The notes: a model not told the origin generated them from the sequence alone. DNA of 64,000 nt from Hormiphora californensis (GCA_020137815.1 CM035350.1:7192001-7256000); one strand, 5' to 3'; shown: positions 24,100-62,679, numbered from the stretch's first letter. Numbers and translations are program-made.

Positions 24100-25242
24100 C
24101 TCTCTCTGATATTGGCCAGCCCTGGAAGTTTCATCCAAACCCCCGTTTCCTACTGCCGTGCATACTTTATTCCTCTTTCTTTTTACCTCAGCTCTCTGCT
24201 TTATTCCCTCTCTACATCTCTCTCTACTTCTCTCTCTCGCTTTCTCTCTGCACTAAGCGAAAGAGAGCTGTGTGCGGGTGTACATTCATTTGTGTATACA
24301 CCAGAACCCGGAACTATCTGACACACGCTCTGCACCAGTGAGAGATGTCGTGTGAGAAAAAATGCAAATTGAATTCGTCACTCTCTTCATCTCTCTATCT
24401 TTCTATCTCTCTCCCTATCTCTCACTCTTTCTCTCTCCCATAGTATCAGTCTCACTTCATACCTCACTCAACACACATTTTCATTCATCCTCCGTACGCT
24501 ATGGGTAAAGCAAGATTTTTATACTGTTAGCCCATCATTTGGTGACATAGACACCGTGCGCGACCAAGATTGAGCTCACACACAGGTGTCTGCTCCGCCT
24601 CAAAAAGGGTTGTTTCTTTCAAGGGATGTTGCACGCGATCCACTGGACTGATTTGCATCCGGTTTGTCGCATAGACTACAGTCTGCATCCTAATCTAGTC
24701 TGCCTACCTCTGTACTGCCCGCATCCTCAACATTCTTAAATCGACAGAGTTTACGCTTGCCTAGCTAGACTGTGTTTACGCAGTGTTTAGTTAAGGCTTG
24801 AGCACTGAGCAGTGTTTACATATTTTACATTGGAAACTGTCGCCAGGTTCCAGCTTTCAAAATGGAAAATGGAAAATTGTTTCGCGTGATCGGAGAATGA
24901 GATGAACCTGGCGTCAGTTTCTCATTTGTAACTGGATAGCGTGATATTAATTCTTACTGATGGGAAGAGACTGTTGTCGTTGTCATTTAATTTAAATCCA
25001 GCTGATTTTATTGGTCGATCATATGCAGTATTTGGTGACACCTTGCGCGATCCACACTGCGGGGGTCGCGCCAGGTGTATACTTTATTAACTTGTAGTTT
25101 TAGCTTTACTTTTATCATTTCTTGAGGTTTTTTTTCTTTAAAGGACTGTCCGGTAACTGTAAACTATGTTCATCTTGGTTCACATGGTTCAATTGACATC
25201 TGAAACAGTGAAATATGGGTGGGGGATCAGCTGGAAACACCC

Positions 25243-25585
25243 CCGGTCACATACCACTACCAGGTCACATACCACTACCAGGTCACGTACCACTACCAGG
25301 TCACATACCACTACCAGGTCATATACCACTACCAGGTCACGTACCACTACCAGATCACCTAGTCACCTACCACTATCAGGTCACATACCACTACCAGGTC
25401 ATATACCACTGTCAGGTCACGTACCACTACCAGGTCACATACCACTACCAGGTCACATACCACTACCAGATCACATACCACTACCAGATCACATACCACT
25501 ACCAGGTCACATACCACTACCAGGTCACATACCACTACCAGGTCACATACCACTATCAGGTCACATTCCACTATCAGGTCACGTA
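25243..25585. repeat. 18-bp minisatellite (caggtcacataccactac), about 19 copies
   Basis: Direct tandem copies. Confidence 0.95.
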
Positions 25586-25638
25586 GCATTGAACAAGAGT
25601 GCACCATGCGAAGGCTGACAATGAAAACCCCATTTGGT

Positions 25639-25755
25639 TAGAGTCGGCGAGTCTCAACTCTCAGAATCTAGTTCAAGTTGAACTTCAGCACCATATATAA
25701 AAGGTGTAAAATGTATGTAAGAGATTCCGAGAAATGTCTTGACGCACCGACTCTA
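25639..25755. mobile_element. Tiny TA-flanked MITE-like element (GAGTCGG...CCGACTC)
   Basis: Short TIR resembling the termini of families A and C. Confidence 0.5.
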
Positions 25756-25955
25756 TACTTGGAAGATTTGAGAAACACTGTTGGTTTAGGTGCTGGAAAA
25801 CTAATTATCATGTACATATTTACAGTTTTTACAAGACACACAACATAACGCCATAGAAAACCTCCGCCAATCAGGTCGAAATAAAAAGGGTCGTGATTTT
25901 TGAAACTAATCGCTATCTCAACAATTTATACAGTTCTTTACAAAAGTCCATTGCA

Positions 25956-51885
<25,930 letters not shown>

Positions 51886-52072
51886 ACTTGTAGCAGATCT
51901 GTTACATGAACTATCAAGGAATTATATATGAGGGGTGGTAAAATAGGGAAATATAATTAGTAGGTACTGCACTGAATTGGATGCCAGTCAAAAATAAAAG
52001 CCGATGTAAAACAACCATACTTTATTTGTGATACATGACACACCGTAAAACATATTCGCTCAATTAAAAACA

Positions 52073-53071
52073 TTACTCTGTGACAGCACTCGACTGAAGG
52101 GGCACTGAGTCCGGATTTTGAAGGTCCATGAGTGCCTCTACATCTTCCTCAGGGTCAATTCCCTGGCTCCAAGCCAACAATAGTTCTGCATCTCCCGCTG
52201 TAACCGGCCGTAGGGCAGCATCATCTGTGTTAAATTGGTTAATTGATTGTAACCTCTGGAATAGAACTGATTTTGGGTCAATTTCACACTCTTTCTTGAC
52301 GAGGTTTACACCGTAAACAAGTTTGTGGTGGGTTTCAAGTTGCTTCCTAGCGTCCCTGATTACACGCTCACTGGAGTCAATGTGTACATTCTTGAAGTGA
52401 GGGTCCTTGTTCAACATTTTCACCAGAGGATTCGGAGCATTCCGGGATACTTTAGTTGTTGCTATACCATTCCAAACAGACAGATAATCGTCAAACGAAA
52501 TTTTGTGTACCACCTTGCCACGACTCTTGTTCTTCGCATCAGACGGGGTTTTGGATCGCTTGGCTAACTCTGACTCATCCTCTTCATGGGGTGGTAGACC
52601 CACTGCAATTCTCTTGCTAGCTATCACACAATCATACACCATCTGACGGTACATCGCAGGCGTCAATTCCAGAGCGTTAGCAGCTTCCAGATTTATGGCA
52701 TTTTCCAAGGAAGGATGGGCAAGCATATCTTGAATCGTTAGCAGCACACATGACATACTGTACTCCGGATTCCACCGAGAAATGTCGTCTAAAAAGTCCA
52801 GACAGGGACGCCCATTTAACATATCAACGTTTGGATGAAATGGAATTGTAAAGAAGTTTATGTCGGGAGGTTTATCATTGTACTGGGGTGAAAATCTGAC
52901 AAGAAGTTTGAATATTCCTCCCTCCCAGGGCGTTCCTTGTGGTCCAAGCATCGTGACATCCCAATCTAATAAACTTGCCTCATCTAACGGTGTCACCTCA
53001 ATACCACATAAAGGTTCCTGTTTGAGCTTGATAAGCTCTCTGTTCAGCAACAGGTATGACCGGGAATGCAT
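52073..53071 (-). CDS. UBE2U: Ubiquitin-conjugating enzyme E2 U, intronless CDS
   Basis: MHSRSYLLL start, TIPFHPNVD..GRPCLDFLD active site, ENAINLEAA, and a C-terminal extension. Confidence 0.88.
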   Translation of the reverse strand: MHSRSYLLLNRELIKLKQEPLCGIEVTPLDEASLLDWDVTMLGPQGTPWEGGIFKLLVRFSPQYNDKPPDINFFTIPFHPNVDMLNGRPCLDFLDDISRWNPEYSMSCVLLTIQDMLAHPSLENAINLEAANALELTPAMYRQMVYDCVIASKRIAVGLPPHEEDESELAKRSKTPSDAKNKSRGKVVHKISFDDYLSVWNGIATTKVSRNAPNPLVKMLNKDPHFKNVHIDSSERVIRDARKQLETHHKLVYGVNLVKKECEIDPKSVLFQRLQSINQFNTDDAALRPVTAGDAELLLAWSQGIDPEEDVEALMDLQNPDSVPLQSSAVTE

Positions 53072-53944
53072 TTTATTTAAAACAGTTGTCCGGAATTTAA
53101 ATTCATCTGATGATTATGTACACACCCAGTAAAATAACCTTTTCTCTTCCTTACATATCCGGAAATAGTTGAGTTAACAAGTTAACAAGACATCAAGGGT
53201 AATCGATAGCAAAACAAGAGTGTAACCCTGCTGAAAAAGACACTGCTAACACTTGTTGCCAACTTGAGCAGTTCCCTAGCAACGGAATAACACGCACTCG
53301 ATTTTGCTTTGTTGGATTTTCAAATGTATTATTGTGCGCGCACGCGCAGTCGTGTTTCGCGACGTAATATGAAAATAACCTGCGCGTTTTTTTGTCATGT
53401 AACGCGCGAAACGAAACGGAAAATATAAAAAGAGAGATAAAAAAGAGAAATAAAAAGTTGGCCAGCGTTAAAATCTGGGTTTGAAGTTTGAAAAGCGCTG
53501 CCTTATCCCTATCGGGGGCCAGCAACGTTTGCCAAAATCTGGGTTGAAAAGTGCTGCCTTATCCCGCGCTGCCAGCAGCGTTTGCCAAAAATCTGGGTGT
53601 TTCGTGAGTGCTGACAAACGGTTTTTCAGGTTTACGGCTAAAGTAGGGTTAGGGTTAGGGTTAGAGTTTGGGGTTGGGGTTGAGCCTTGAAATTTCCTAC
53701 CAGATAAACTTTGAATTAGCCAAAACGGTTGAGTGGTTTGGCGGCTGTCTGGCGCCGCAATCCCATCTGAGCGCACTGTCGCGTGCCAATTTGAGAATCA
53801 AATGAGGTATGACGACTATTAGGGTTAGGGTTAGTGTTTGGGTTGGGGTTTGGGTTGACATTTTCTACCAGTCAAACTTTGAATTTTGAGGGGGACTGCA
53901 TCGTCAAGACACATATCTGATCTCAGTACGGATTTGATGCTGGT
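53072..53944. promoter_or_regulatory. Putative bidirectional promoter between UBE2U and PLD6, containing short (TTAGGG)n tracts
   Basis: Head-to-head start codons 873 bp apart; CGCG-rich patch at about 53335-53410; TTAGGG runs at 53644-53664 and 53819-53834. Confidence 0.55.
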
Positions 53945-54893
53945 ATGACATGGAAAAATGCTGTGGTAGTTCTATCCACTGTCATCAGCTTACCTCTATC
54001 TGTTTATGTTGCCTTCAAGCTAAAGGAGCGGTCTTCCAGAACCGAACCAGAACAGGAGGACGATTATGATGTTATTGAGCGTGTTTTATTGTTCCCAGAT
54101 GGTGGATATCAATGTAAACACTGGACACAAGGAAGTGAGTTAAATTAATGACAAAAGAACCGATACTTTGACTCCTCATGTGTATGACAATTAATTGATA
54201 CTTTCTCCAGCGTGCACGTTTCCAGACTGTCCCATGCTACACCATCTCACGAACAAGACTCGACTAAAACAGGCATTGGAAGCCGCTCAGGAGACAATTG
54301 ACGTGTGTATGTTTGTCATGAGCTGTGCAGTCCTCCTGGATACCCTTGTAGAAGGTAATATATACCACACTGTGACCTCGGTATACCCACATGTGACCTT
54401 CTGATCACATGTAGTGCAATCCGAGGCTGGCATAGAGTAACCAATATGGGTGTATTTTGAGTTTGGTACGCAGAACCTTCGTTTGGTTCTCCCTAAGAGT
54501 CCACATATATCTTAATCCTTTCCCACAGCGCAAAAGAAGGGTATCAGAGTACGGATAGTTTGCGATGATATGCGAATTAGTGGATCTCAACACAAGATCA
54601 CGGAGGGAGCACTGCCGGTTCGAGTTGACAATTCCCGAGCAATGATGCATCATAAGTTTGTTGTCATTGACAACCAAGTCCTGTTGAGTGGATCGTATAA
54701 TTGGACTGCTAGTGGGGCTGCGTATAACAGGGAAAACATGTTCATTACTAATGATAGGAAGGTAGTTCAGCAGTATACGGATGAGATGGACAAATTATGG
54801 GTTATGTTTGAGGGGAGTACCAATGTTGAATTTGAACCTCTCACCTCTAGCTGCATGTTAAAGAATCGATTTGTTCATAGAATTAAGGGCTGA
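53945..54893 (+). CDS. PLD6: Mitochondrial phospholipase D6 / Zucchini endonuclease; exons 53945-54134, 54211-54354, 54529-54893
   Basis: N-terminal membrane anchor, VLLFPD, CCCH finger (C-KHWTQGT-C-TFPD-C-PML-H) and a single HKD motif MMHHKFVVID..LSGSYNWT. Confidence 0.9.
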
Positions 54894-55049
54894 AACTGCG
54901 ATGTCAATCTTTTTATCAATTCAATTTATTTTTGTTACAATTTAATCGATATTTTAAACATTTCCTAAAACGTTTCATAAGGTTGTTGTGTCATTGACGC
55001 AATGATATGGAGATATGACAGTGCAGTAACTTCCTTTTCCTTTTAAGAA

Positions 55050-56858
55050 ATGTATAGAGACCTCCTTCTCGCCCTATCTGGGCATGCAGGCAGCGTCTTT
55101 GTTAGGGACAGTGGGGGCGAGTTCCGGATCAGTGAAGATACCCCCTGCCTTGCTCCCCAGGAAGCAGCCCTTCTCAATAGAATCCTAAAGTTAGCAGGCC
55201 ACCACTACAGCATTACCAACTTCACCTCTGCTTACCGGAACATCATCAAGATAAGGCGGGCTAAGCTAAAGGAGAGTGTACCACCTAACGCTGGTCTATA
55301 CACTGCCGCTCTGTCTTTCGATCTTGATCGAGGCATGAAGCAGTATAGTGATGTTCTAATTGAGCTCGACAAGCTGGTCCGACAGAACCCCAACATGCCT
55401 CTATCACTCCTCCAATTCCATCTGGATCGCTTCCAGTATCTCTTCCCGACACTAAGTAGCATCATCAATGAGATAAAGAACAATCTGTCCATGAAGGGGT
55501 GTAAGATTTTGGGGATGCTGCACGAACAGAGTGCATGTGGTATACCATTTGTGAAGGATCTTCTAGCGGAGCTGTTACAAAGTTGTCACAGTGTGTTCTA
55601 TCAGCAGTTGTCTGCGTGGGTACTGCATGGGAAGGTTGAGGACCCCTTTGGAGAGTTCTTCATTGCTCCCTCCGGGAACGAGGAAGGTAGAGATGAGGAA
55701 GAGGGCGGGTTACTGGCTAATTACACCATTAACTGGGATATGGTACCGGGGTATTTTAGTAAGGCCATCATCAACACCATCCTCTTCGTGGGTAGCTCTG
55801 TTCACGTGTTTAGTGGTAGGAAGTACAGCAGTAACCCCCTCGCTAAAGAGGACGAGGATCACTTTGTAACACTAATCCAGGGCCTCCAGAGGCGCACCAA
55901 GTTTTGCCCAATCGAGTTTGAACGGGTTGTAGGGGTCATGAGGGAGAGGGTTGCTATGCAGTTGTATAATCTTCTGATGAAGGAAGGGAAGTTAATGGAT
56001 ATCCTTCGGCTTTTCAAAGAATTCTTCCTCCTTGGCCGGGGAGAGTTGTTCCTGACATTCATTGACGTCGCAGAGCCGCTCATCCAGAACCTCGGCAAGA
56101 AGAATAGCGAGAGTGATGTTAACCGACTCTTCCTCAAGTCCTATCACACCCTGGGATTCTCCTCTACCAACACCGTGGAGAAGTTCAGGCTACAATTCGA
56201 GAAACGAGAGGGCAGCACGGACAGATGGTCCGATTTGAAACTGACATATGATGTCCAGTGGCCCCTCCACATTCTCTTTACCACTGATGTCATGGATGAT
56301 TACAATAGAATCTTTGTGTTCTTGTTGAAGTTAAGAAGGTGCCAGCTGGCCCTCCAGGCGGCCTGGAGTACCTCCTCCAGATCTGAGGACAGGTTCGACC
56401 ACAGGTTACTAAACCTACGGAGCAACGCTGCCTACCTGATTGATAACCTGCAGTACTACCTCCACGTTGATGTCCTGGAGACGAACTTTACAGAGCTCAC
56501 TAACAAGCTAAACGCAACACAGGACTTTGAGCAGATTAGGAAAGCTCATCGATTCTTCCTTGGTGAAATCCTGGCTTGGTCATTTGTATCGAACGAGTTA
56601 AATAGTGCCACCCGACTAATTGACACCGTCATTAGTCTGGGATTCCAAACTGCCAAGATGTTTGAGGAGGATCCTGATGAGATTCAAATCACCAAACTGG
56701 AGAGCAACTACAACTTTTTGGTGGCTCACATGTTGAAAATGTTGGAAAGTAGCGCATCTCGGCAACATAACTCATTCATGAATCAACTGCTACTGAGAAT
56801 CGACTACAATGGATTCTTTACTCAGGTTCGAGCCCAAAAGTTGGAGAAAAAGAGGTAG
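55050..56858 (+). CDS. TUBGCP4: Gamma-tubulin complex component 4, intronless
   Basis: MYRDLLLALSG start, FFLLGRGELF, WPLHILFT, IDNLQYYLHVDVLE and QLLLRIDYN end; 602 aa. Confidence 0.92.
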   Translation: MYRDLLLALSGHAGSVFVRDSGGEFRISEDTPCLAPQEAALLNRILKLAGHHYSITNFTSAYRNIIKIRRAKLKESVPPNAGLYTAALSFDLDRGMKQYSDVLIELDKLVRQNPNMPLSLLQFHLDRFQYLFPTLSSIINEIKNNLSMKGCKILGMLHEQSACGIPFVKDLLAELLQSCHSVFYQQLSAWVLHGKVEDPFGEFFIAPSGNEEGRDEEEGGLLANYTINWDMVPGYFSKAIINTILFVGSSVHVFSGRKYSSNPLAKEDEDHFVTLIQGLQRRTKFCPIEFERVVGVMRERVAMQLYNLLMKEGKLMDILRLFKEFFLLGRGELFLTFIDVAEPLIQNLGKKNSESDVNRLFLKSYHTLGFSSTNTVEKFRLQFEKREGSTDRWSDLKLTYDVQWPLHILFTTDVMDDYNRIFVFLLKLRRCQLALQAAWSTSSRSEDRFDHRLLNLRSNAAYLIDNLQYYLHVDVLETNFTELTNKLNATQDFEQIRKAHRFFLGEILAWSFVSNELNSATRLIDTVISLGFQTAKMFEEDPDEIQITKLESNYNFLVAHMLKMLESSASRQHNSFMNQLLLRIDYNGFFTQVRAQKLEKKR

Positions 56859-57063
56859 ATTGAAAAGAGGTAGAAACGGTAATCGGAGCTGTGAGAACTG
56901 GAAAGGGAGTTTGTGTGTGTGAGTTTTTGACTTTTGTACAGTTATTTATACATTTTATATCACTGGTATTTGACGCATTCAAATGTAATTAGTTTTTCCG
57001 AATCAATATCCCGTTTGTAACTAAACTAACCCCTGAATTGATTGCTACTAGGGGGCATGAACC

Positions 57064-57516
57064 ATGGTCATACCATACCTACGTCACTGCTCTCGACCTG
57101 CCCACACCGTGAGTAATGAACCTTCCTTTACTGGCTATCCTCCTCTTCTCCTTATAATACCATCTCCCATCCCCTCTTTAGGTCTTCAAGAGTCAGTGTA
57201 GGCGGAGATTGTCGGTACCAGCCTCGCCTGCTGTACCAGCCTCACCTGCAGTACCGGCCTCACCTGCTGTACCTAGACTGGGCGTGATATATAAGATAGT
57301 CCTGGCGGGAGCGAGTGCAGGAGGGTATTACTACTACTTCAAATATTTTGGACTGACGGAACGAGTATCACCCGTTATAGAACCGGTACGTTCCTCTCTT
57401 ACTCTTTAGTTAATTATTCTTGTCACGTGTCTTACCTTATTTTTTATTTTTAGGCCATCCAATCTTCTGAAGAAAATCACGAGCACATCATGGATGTATT
57501 GGTGGGAAATTGGTAA
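57064..57516 (+). CDS. Short, truncated duplicate of the MIC60-like gene (exons 57064-57108, 57182-57385, 57454-57516)
   Basis: Exon 1 is identical to 58052-58096; exon 2 is homologous with a PASPAV expansion. In frame to a stop at about 103 aa. Confidence 0.6.
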
Positions 57517-58051
57517 TGAAATCACCAAATTGTATACAGCTGAGGAGCAACTACAACTAATGGCTCATTATATGTTGAAAATTGAGAAAAAAGGACCGAA
57601 AGGTATGATCGCCATTCGCAGCTGTGAGAAAATCAGAATAAGGAACTGAAAAGGGAGCTTATGTGTAGATTTATGTGTTTTTTTTATAGTTTTTTTTTCA
57701 GTTGTTTCAGATACATTTTATGTCACTGGTTAATTTTTTTAATTTTTTTTTGAAAATGTAAATTTATTTAAAGTATTCAAATGTTAAGTCGAATTTTTTA
57801 ATCAAAAGACAGGGTGCCACGCATCAAATGCAGATAAAATTGTTCCCTTTCCAACGCAACCAGGATTAAGTCTTTACCTTAGCAGGAACCGTAGATAGGA
57901 CCAATTAAAGAATTAAGTGCACAGCACCCTGTCCCTTGATTAAAAAATTTGACTTTAATTGGTTTTACTTAATCTACAGCGTTTTCATTTTCAATAACCC
58001 GTTTGCAACTAAACTAACCCCTGAATTGATTGCTACTAGGGGGCATGAACC

Positions 58052-59400
58052 ATGGTCATACCATACCTACGTCACTGCTCTCGACCTGCCCACACCGTGA
58101 GTAATGAATCTTCCTTTGCTGACTATCCTCCTCTTCTCCTTATAATACCATCTCCCATCCCCTCTTTATACCATCTCCCATGACCCATCCCCTCTTTAGG
58201 TCTTCAAGAGTCAGTGTAGGCGGAGATTGTCGGTACCGGCCTCACCTGCTGGACCTGGCCTGGGTAAGATTATAGCTCCGATAGTTCTGGCGGGCGCGGG
58301 TGCAGGAGGGTATTACTACTACAAATATGTCGGACTAACGGAACAAGCATTACCAGCAGAACCGGTACGTTCCTCTCTTGCTCTCTAATGTACTATTCTT
58401 GTCACGTGTCTTACCTTGTTTAGTATTGTCTTATAATTTCTTTCCTAGGCTCCAGTGAGGTCCTACCCTGAACTGCCACCATTTGCTGTTCAGCCTATCG
58501 CGGAGAAAGCGGCTACAATAGCAACTGTTATAGAGGAAGAGACGCCTGATGTTGAACCCACAGTAGTAGTGGAACATGTTACACCTGCAGTAGTAGAGGA
58601 ACCGGTTGCAGCTCCCGATGTGGTTGAGGATGTGGTTGAAAGTCCTCCTAAGGAACCTGAAAGTCCTCCTGATGAACCTGTAGTAGTGTTGTTTGAGGAG
58701 GAGCCCCCAGCAGAAGAGTTTGTTGTTGTGGAAGTACCTGTTGAAATACTCCCTGTAGCGGCAGGGGAGGAGGTTGAGGTTACTAGTGATGTGGTCAGGG
58801 ATGCGGTGGAGGAGTTGAACACACTTCTCGATGAGATCTCTCTTCCCATTACCCAAGCTGAGATTACTGAGGATGTGGAGGAGGCCGCATTTGATGATCG
58901 TATCTTGGAAGCCCTCCAATCTTCTGACTACGAGCCCGTTCTCTCTGATTCCATCTTGGAGATTTTGGTGGGAAAAGCTGCCAATAGAGAGAAGGCGGTT
59001 GTAGCGACAATCTCCCGTCTCGAGAATTCCATGGCTGGGGTTGTTGCGATGGTTCAAAGGGCGCTGGAGCACCATAACAACACAGCGGCACTTGTTGCTG
59101 TTGCTAAGGAACACGCCCAGGCCGTCTCCGAGGCAACCAGCAAGGGAGCAGCTAAAGATGTCCTGGAAGAACTTGTGGGTAAGTAGTACGGGGTCAAATG
59201 TACCGGAACCACAGGCATGCCAGTTACTCGGGTTACGACTGCATCTTCATTGTTCTCTAATTGAACACTGCTTGTTTCAGTATCTTCTGCTGCGGTGAGG
59301 GAGGCGTTCCAGGTCGGGGAGGCTGTCGATTCAGCTGTTAGTAACGCTTTCAACAAACTAACTGAGGTTATCGAAAAAGCTGAAAACTTCAATCTTCAAG
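58052..59400 (+). CDS. Probable MICOS subunit MIC60/mitofilin-like gene, 5' part (exons 58052-58096, 58200-58364, 58449-59178, 59281-59400); no stop found
   Basis: Arg/Ser-rich presequence-like N-terminus (..CRRRLS), TM segment GKII..VLAGAGAGGYYYY, acidic Pro/Val linker, then an Ala-rich coiled coil. The identity rests on architecture only. Confidence 0.55.
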
Positions 59401-59592
59401 GTAAAAACCCTGATAAAATTCCCTTTGATGTTTGATGAAAATATTTCACGGGGAATTCACCAATCAGTAATCACCTATCCCCTAGCCTCTGATCACAATG
59501 ATCAACCCAGGCTCTAAAAAAGTACACAAAAAGTGAGATATCTAGGGTTAAGGTCTGCTTTGAGGTCATCTCACGTCCTCAGCAAATTATAA

Positions 59593-60737
59593 TTATCCCA
59601 CCGAGCCTGAGAGATAAGAAGGTAGAAGAAGGGGTTGAAGAAACGTACATACCTTTCTCACAAATTGTGTATGAGATGTCAATGTCGCCGTATCCAGTAA
59701 CACTATTAATCATGTTCTTCCCGGTTGGAAGGACTCTTGTGATGTACAACGACACTACCTCGTCCGAATTCAGTGCTTCGCTTGAGAAGAATGGCTGTTT
59801 GACTTGTCCCGTACAGGACTGTCCCGAGTTAAATGTACTTGGATCTCCTGGTTTGTCTTGATCCTAGGGAGGTTTAGAATCAATAAATGGTATTTCTTTG
59901 ACCTATGGCAGTTCTAGATTGCTCAAGAAAATTAAGTTACCTGACCAAAGACCTGGTATCCCGCTTTAAGAATCCGATAGCTAGCAAGATCGTCCCTAGA
60001 CACTGTTTCTACACCTTTCTCGTAGATCTTTAGGCCACCAGAGTTGGTATTGAATGTAACTGTGTAGTGGTTCCAGGTTCCCAGTGAAATCGTAGTTGTT
60101 GTCACTAAAAAATAATGTGTTAACTGTATTGGCCTTGTGCATTTGATTTAGTTCTGGTTTTGTTTCTACTCACTAATATATTAAAATATGTAACTTACAA
60201 ATTTTGTTGTCCTTAGCATAGCGAAAATGCAGTTTTTTGGATGATTTAACAAACCACGCATCAAGGGATTCATCGTTCAAATCTTGTGTTGTTAAATGGC
60301 CGGCGGGAACCCCTGTTGAGTAGCCCATGACGCATTCATTATAATTTGACGGCCACGCATCGTACCGGAACCAGAACGCTTGAGTGAACTCTTTAAAGCT
60401 TCCAGTCCCTGTGTACTCTTGGATTGCATAGCTGACCTTGTCAGCAACAGATGGATACTGAATCTTATCAACACACCTATCTGAAAACAAAGAGATTCTG
60501 TGATCGATATTCAGTAGGTTAAATGTTAGATTGATGGCCGATCTGATCGTTCGGTTTTAACCCAAAAAAGGACAGGTCAACTGGAATGTTACAACATTCG
60601 GTCATTTTAAGTTGCGTTGTTAAGAGTTTTGAGCTCGTAATAACGAAAAGTAAAAACCGAAAATAATAGTTACCTAGACCTGTTGATCCACTTTCTGATG
60701 CCAAGGCTAAGAGAAATACTGCAAATACCAACAACAT
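59593..60737 (-). CDS. Secreted pentraxin/LamG-like protein, copy 1 (5 exons)
   Basis: Signal peptide MLLVFAVFLLALAS; FKEFTQAFWFR; WNHYTVTFNTNSGGLKIY; VFGQ|DQD..FNSGQSCTG, resembling the pentraxin GQEQD motif. Confidence 0.75.
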
Positions 60738-61298
60738 CGCTCTAAGCAGAAATATAGTTTTAAAGAAAACAGTATTCTCTTCGCCGAGGCATTAAGTATG
60801 CTAGAGAAGAGGGAATAGTTAATTGATGAGAATAATAATAAGGGACACTTCTATCTACCACACTATTCTTTATTCTCTAAGAACATTTGTAAGGCAAAGG
60901 GAGAGTGCAATAAATGGATTCCTTCCTGCTGTATCCGATTCGTTGAATGTGTTCTCTTGCTCTCCCTTTGAGAAAGCTTTACTAGGGTGTGCCTGCTAAT
61001 ACAAGTAGTGTTCTCCTTACTGTTTAGAATGCTAGAGAGCGTTGGGGCGTTCGGCTAAATATAGATGTTGTATGTCTGTTGTATATCCCCCTGAGCCCTT
61101 CGAAAAGGTAAAAAACCCGATAAAATATCCTTTTATTTCGGATGATAAGATTTCACGGGGTTTTCACCAATCAGTAATCACCTATCCCCCTAGCCTCTGA
61201 CCACAATGATCAACCCAGGCTCTAAAAAAGTGCAAAAGTGAGATATCTGGGTTTAAGGTCTGGTTTGAGGTCACCTCGCGTCCTCAGCCAAATTATAA

Positions 61299-62413
61299 TT
61301 ATCCCACCGAGCCTGAGAGATAAGAAGGTAGAAGAAGAGGATGAAGAAATATACCTTTCCCACAAATTGTGTATGAGATGTCAATGTCGCCGTATCCAGT
61401 AAGACTGTTAATCATGTTCTTCTCGGTTGGAAGGACTCTTGTGATGTACAACGACGCTACCTCGTCCGAATTCAGTGCTTCGCTTGAGAAGAATGGCTGT
61501 TTGACTTGTCCTGTACAGGACTGTGCCGAGTTAAATGAACTTGGATCTCCTCGTTTGTCTTGATCCTAGGCAGGTTTAGAATCAATAAATGGTATTTAGT
61601 TGACACATGGCAATTCTAGATTACTCAAGAAAATTTATTTACCTGACCAAAGACCTGGTATCCCGCTTTAAGAATCCGATAGCTGGCAAGATCGTCCCTA
61701 GATACTGTTTCTACACCATTCTCGTAGATCTTTAGGCCACCAGAATTGGTGTTGAATGTGACCGTGTAGTGGTTCCAGGTGCCAAGTGAAATCGTAGTTG
61801 TTGTCACTTAAAGAATAATGTATTGGCCTTGTGCATTTGGTTTTAGTTTTGGTTCTACTCACTAATATTTTAAAATACTATTATATGTAACTTACAAATA
61901 TATTTCTTAGCATATGTAACTATCAGTTTTTTGTATGATTTATCAAACCACGCATCAAGGGATTCATCGTTCAATTCCTGTGTTGTTAAATTGCCGGCGG
62001 GAACCCCTGTTGAGTAGCCCACAATACACTCCTCAACATTATTATTTGACGGCCACGCATCGTACCGGAACCAGAACGCTAGAGTGAACTCTTTAAAGCT
62101 TCCAGTCCCTGTGTACTCTTGTATTGCATAGCTGACGTTGTCAGCAACAGATGGATACTGAATCTTATTAACACACCTATCTGAAAACAAAGAGATTTAG
62201 TGATCGATATTCAGTAGGTTATTAACCGTTAGCCTGTTCTTTTTTTGACAAACAGGTCAACTGGAATTTTACAACCGTCATTCATTCCAAGATGGTTTGG
62301 ATAGTGATTTGGTTTAACCAAATTGGTTTACCAAAAACCCCAAAATAGTTGTTACCTGTTGCTCCACATTCTGGTGCCAAGACTAAGAGAATTAACACAA
62401 ACACCAACAACAT
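61299..62413 (-). CDS. Secreted pentraxin/LamG-like protein, copy 2 (5 exons)
   Basis: Same exon structure about 1.7 kb downstream; signal peptide MLLVFVLILLVLAP. Confidence 0.75.
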
Positions 62414-62679
62414 GCCTCTAAGCGGGAAATAGCTATAACATCGAGGCGGAATCAGTATTACACGTTAATAATGTTGGAGATGTTAGAGATGCATGATTCA
62501 GGGAATAGTTCAAGTGAGAGTGGACAGAATCAGAATTGGACAAGTTTGTTGGAGGTAGTAGAGATTAGTTCTATGAGCATTTTGCCTTTTTACCGCTCAA
62601 AATCGACCCATCCATCACTGAGATATTTTTGTTACTCTCGGGGAATTCCTGCTGGATCAATATTTATCAAACAGGATAG

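Noticed and set aside
25166-25618. Repetitive ORFs (HIPLPG, TTTRSH, QVTYHY, CDLVVV)
   Set aside because: They are by-products of a stop-free 18-bp minisatellite. There is no splice or homology support, and no unique spacers, so this is not CRISPR-like.
53644-53834. TTAGGG tracts as a telomere or chromosome fusion site
   Set aside because: Only 2-3 units each, in the same orientation, embedded in a dispersed repeat.
53945-54893. Functional link between Zucchini (piRNA pathway) and the nearby hairpin elements
   Set aside because: Proximity alone is no evidence in a repeat-rich eukaryotic genome.
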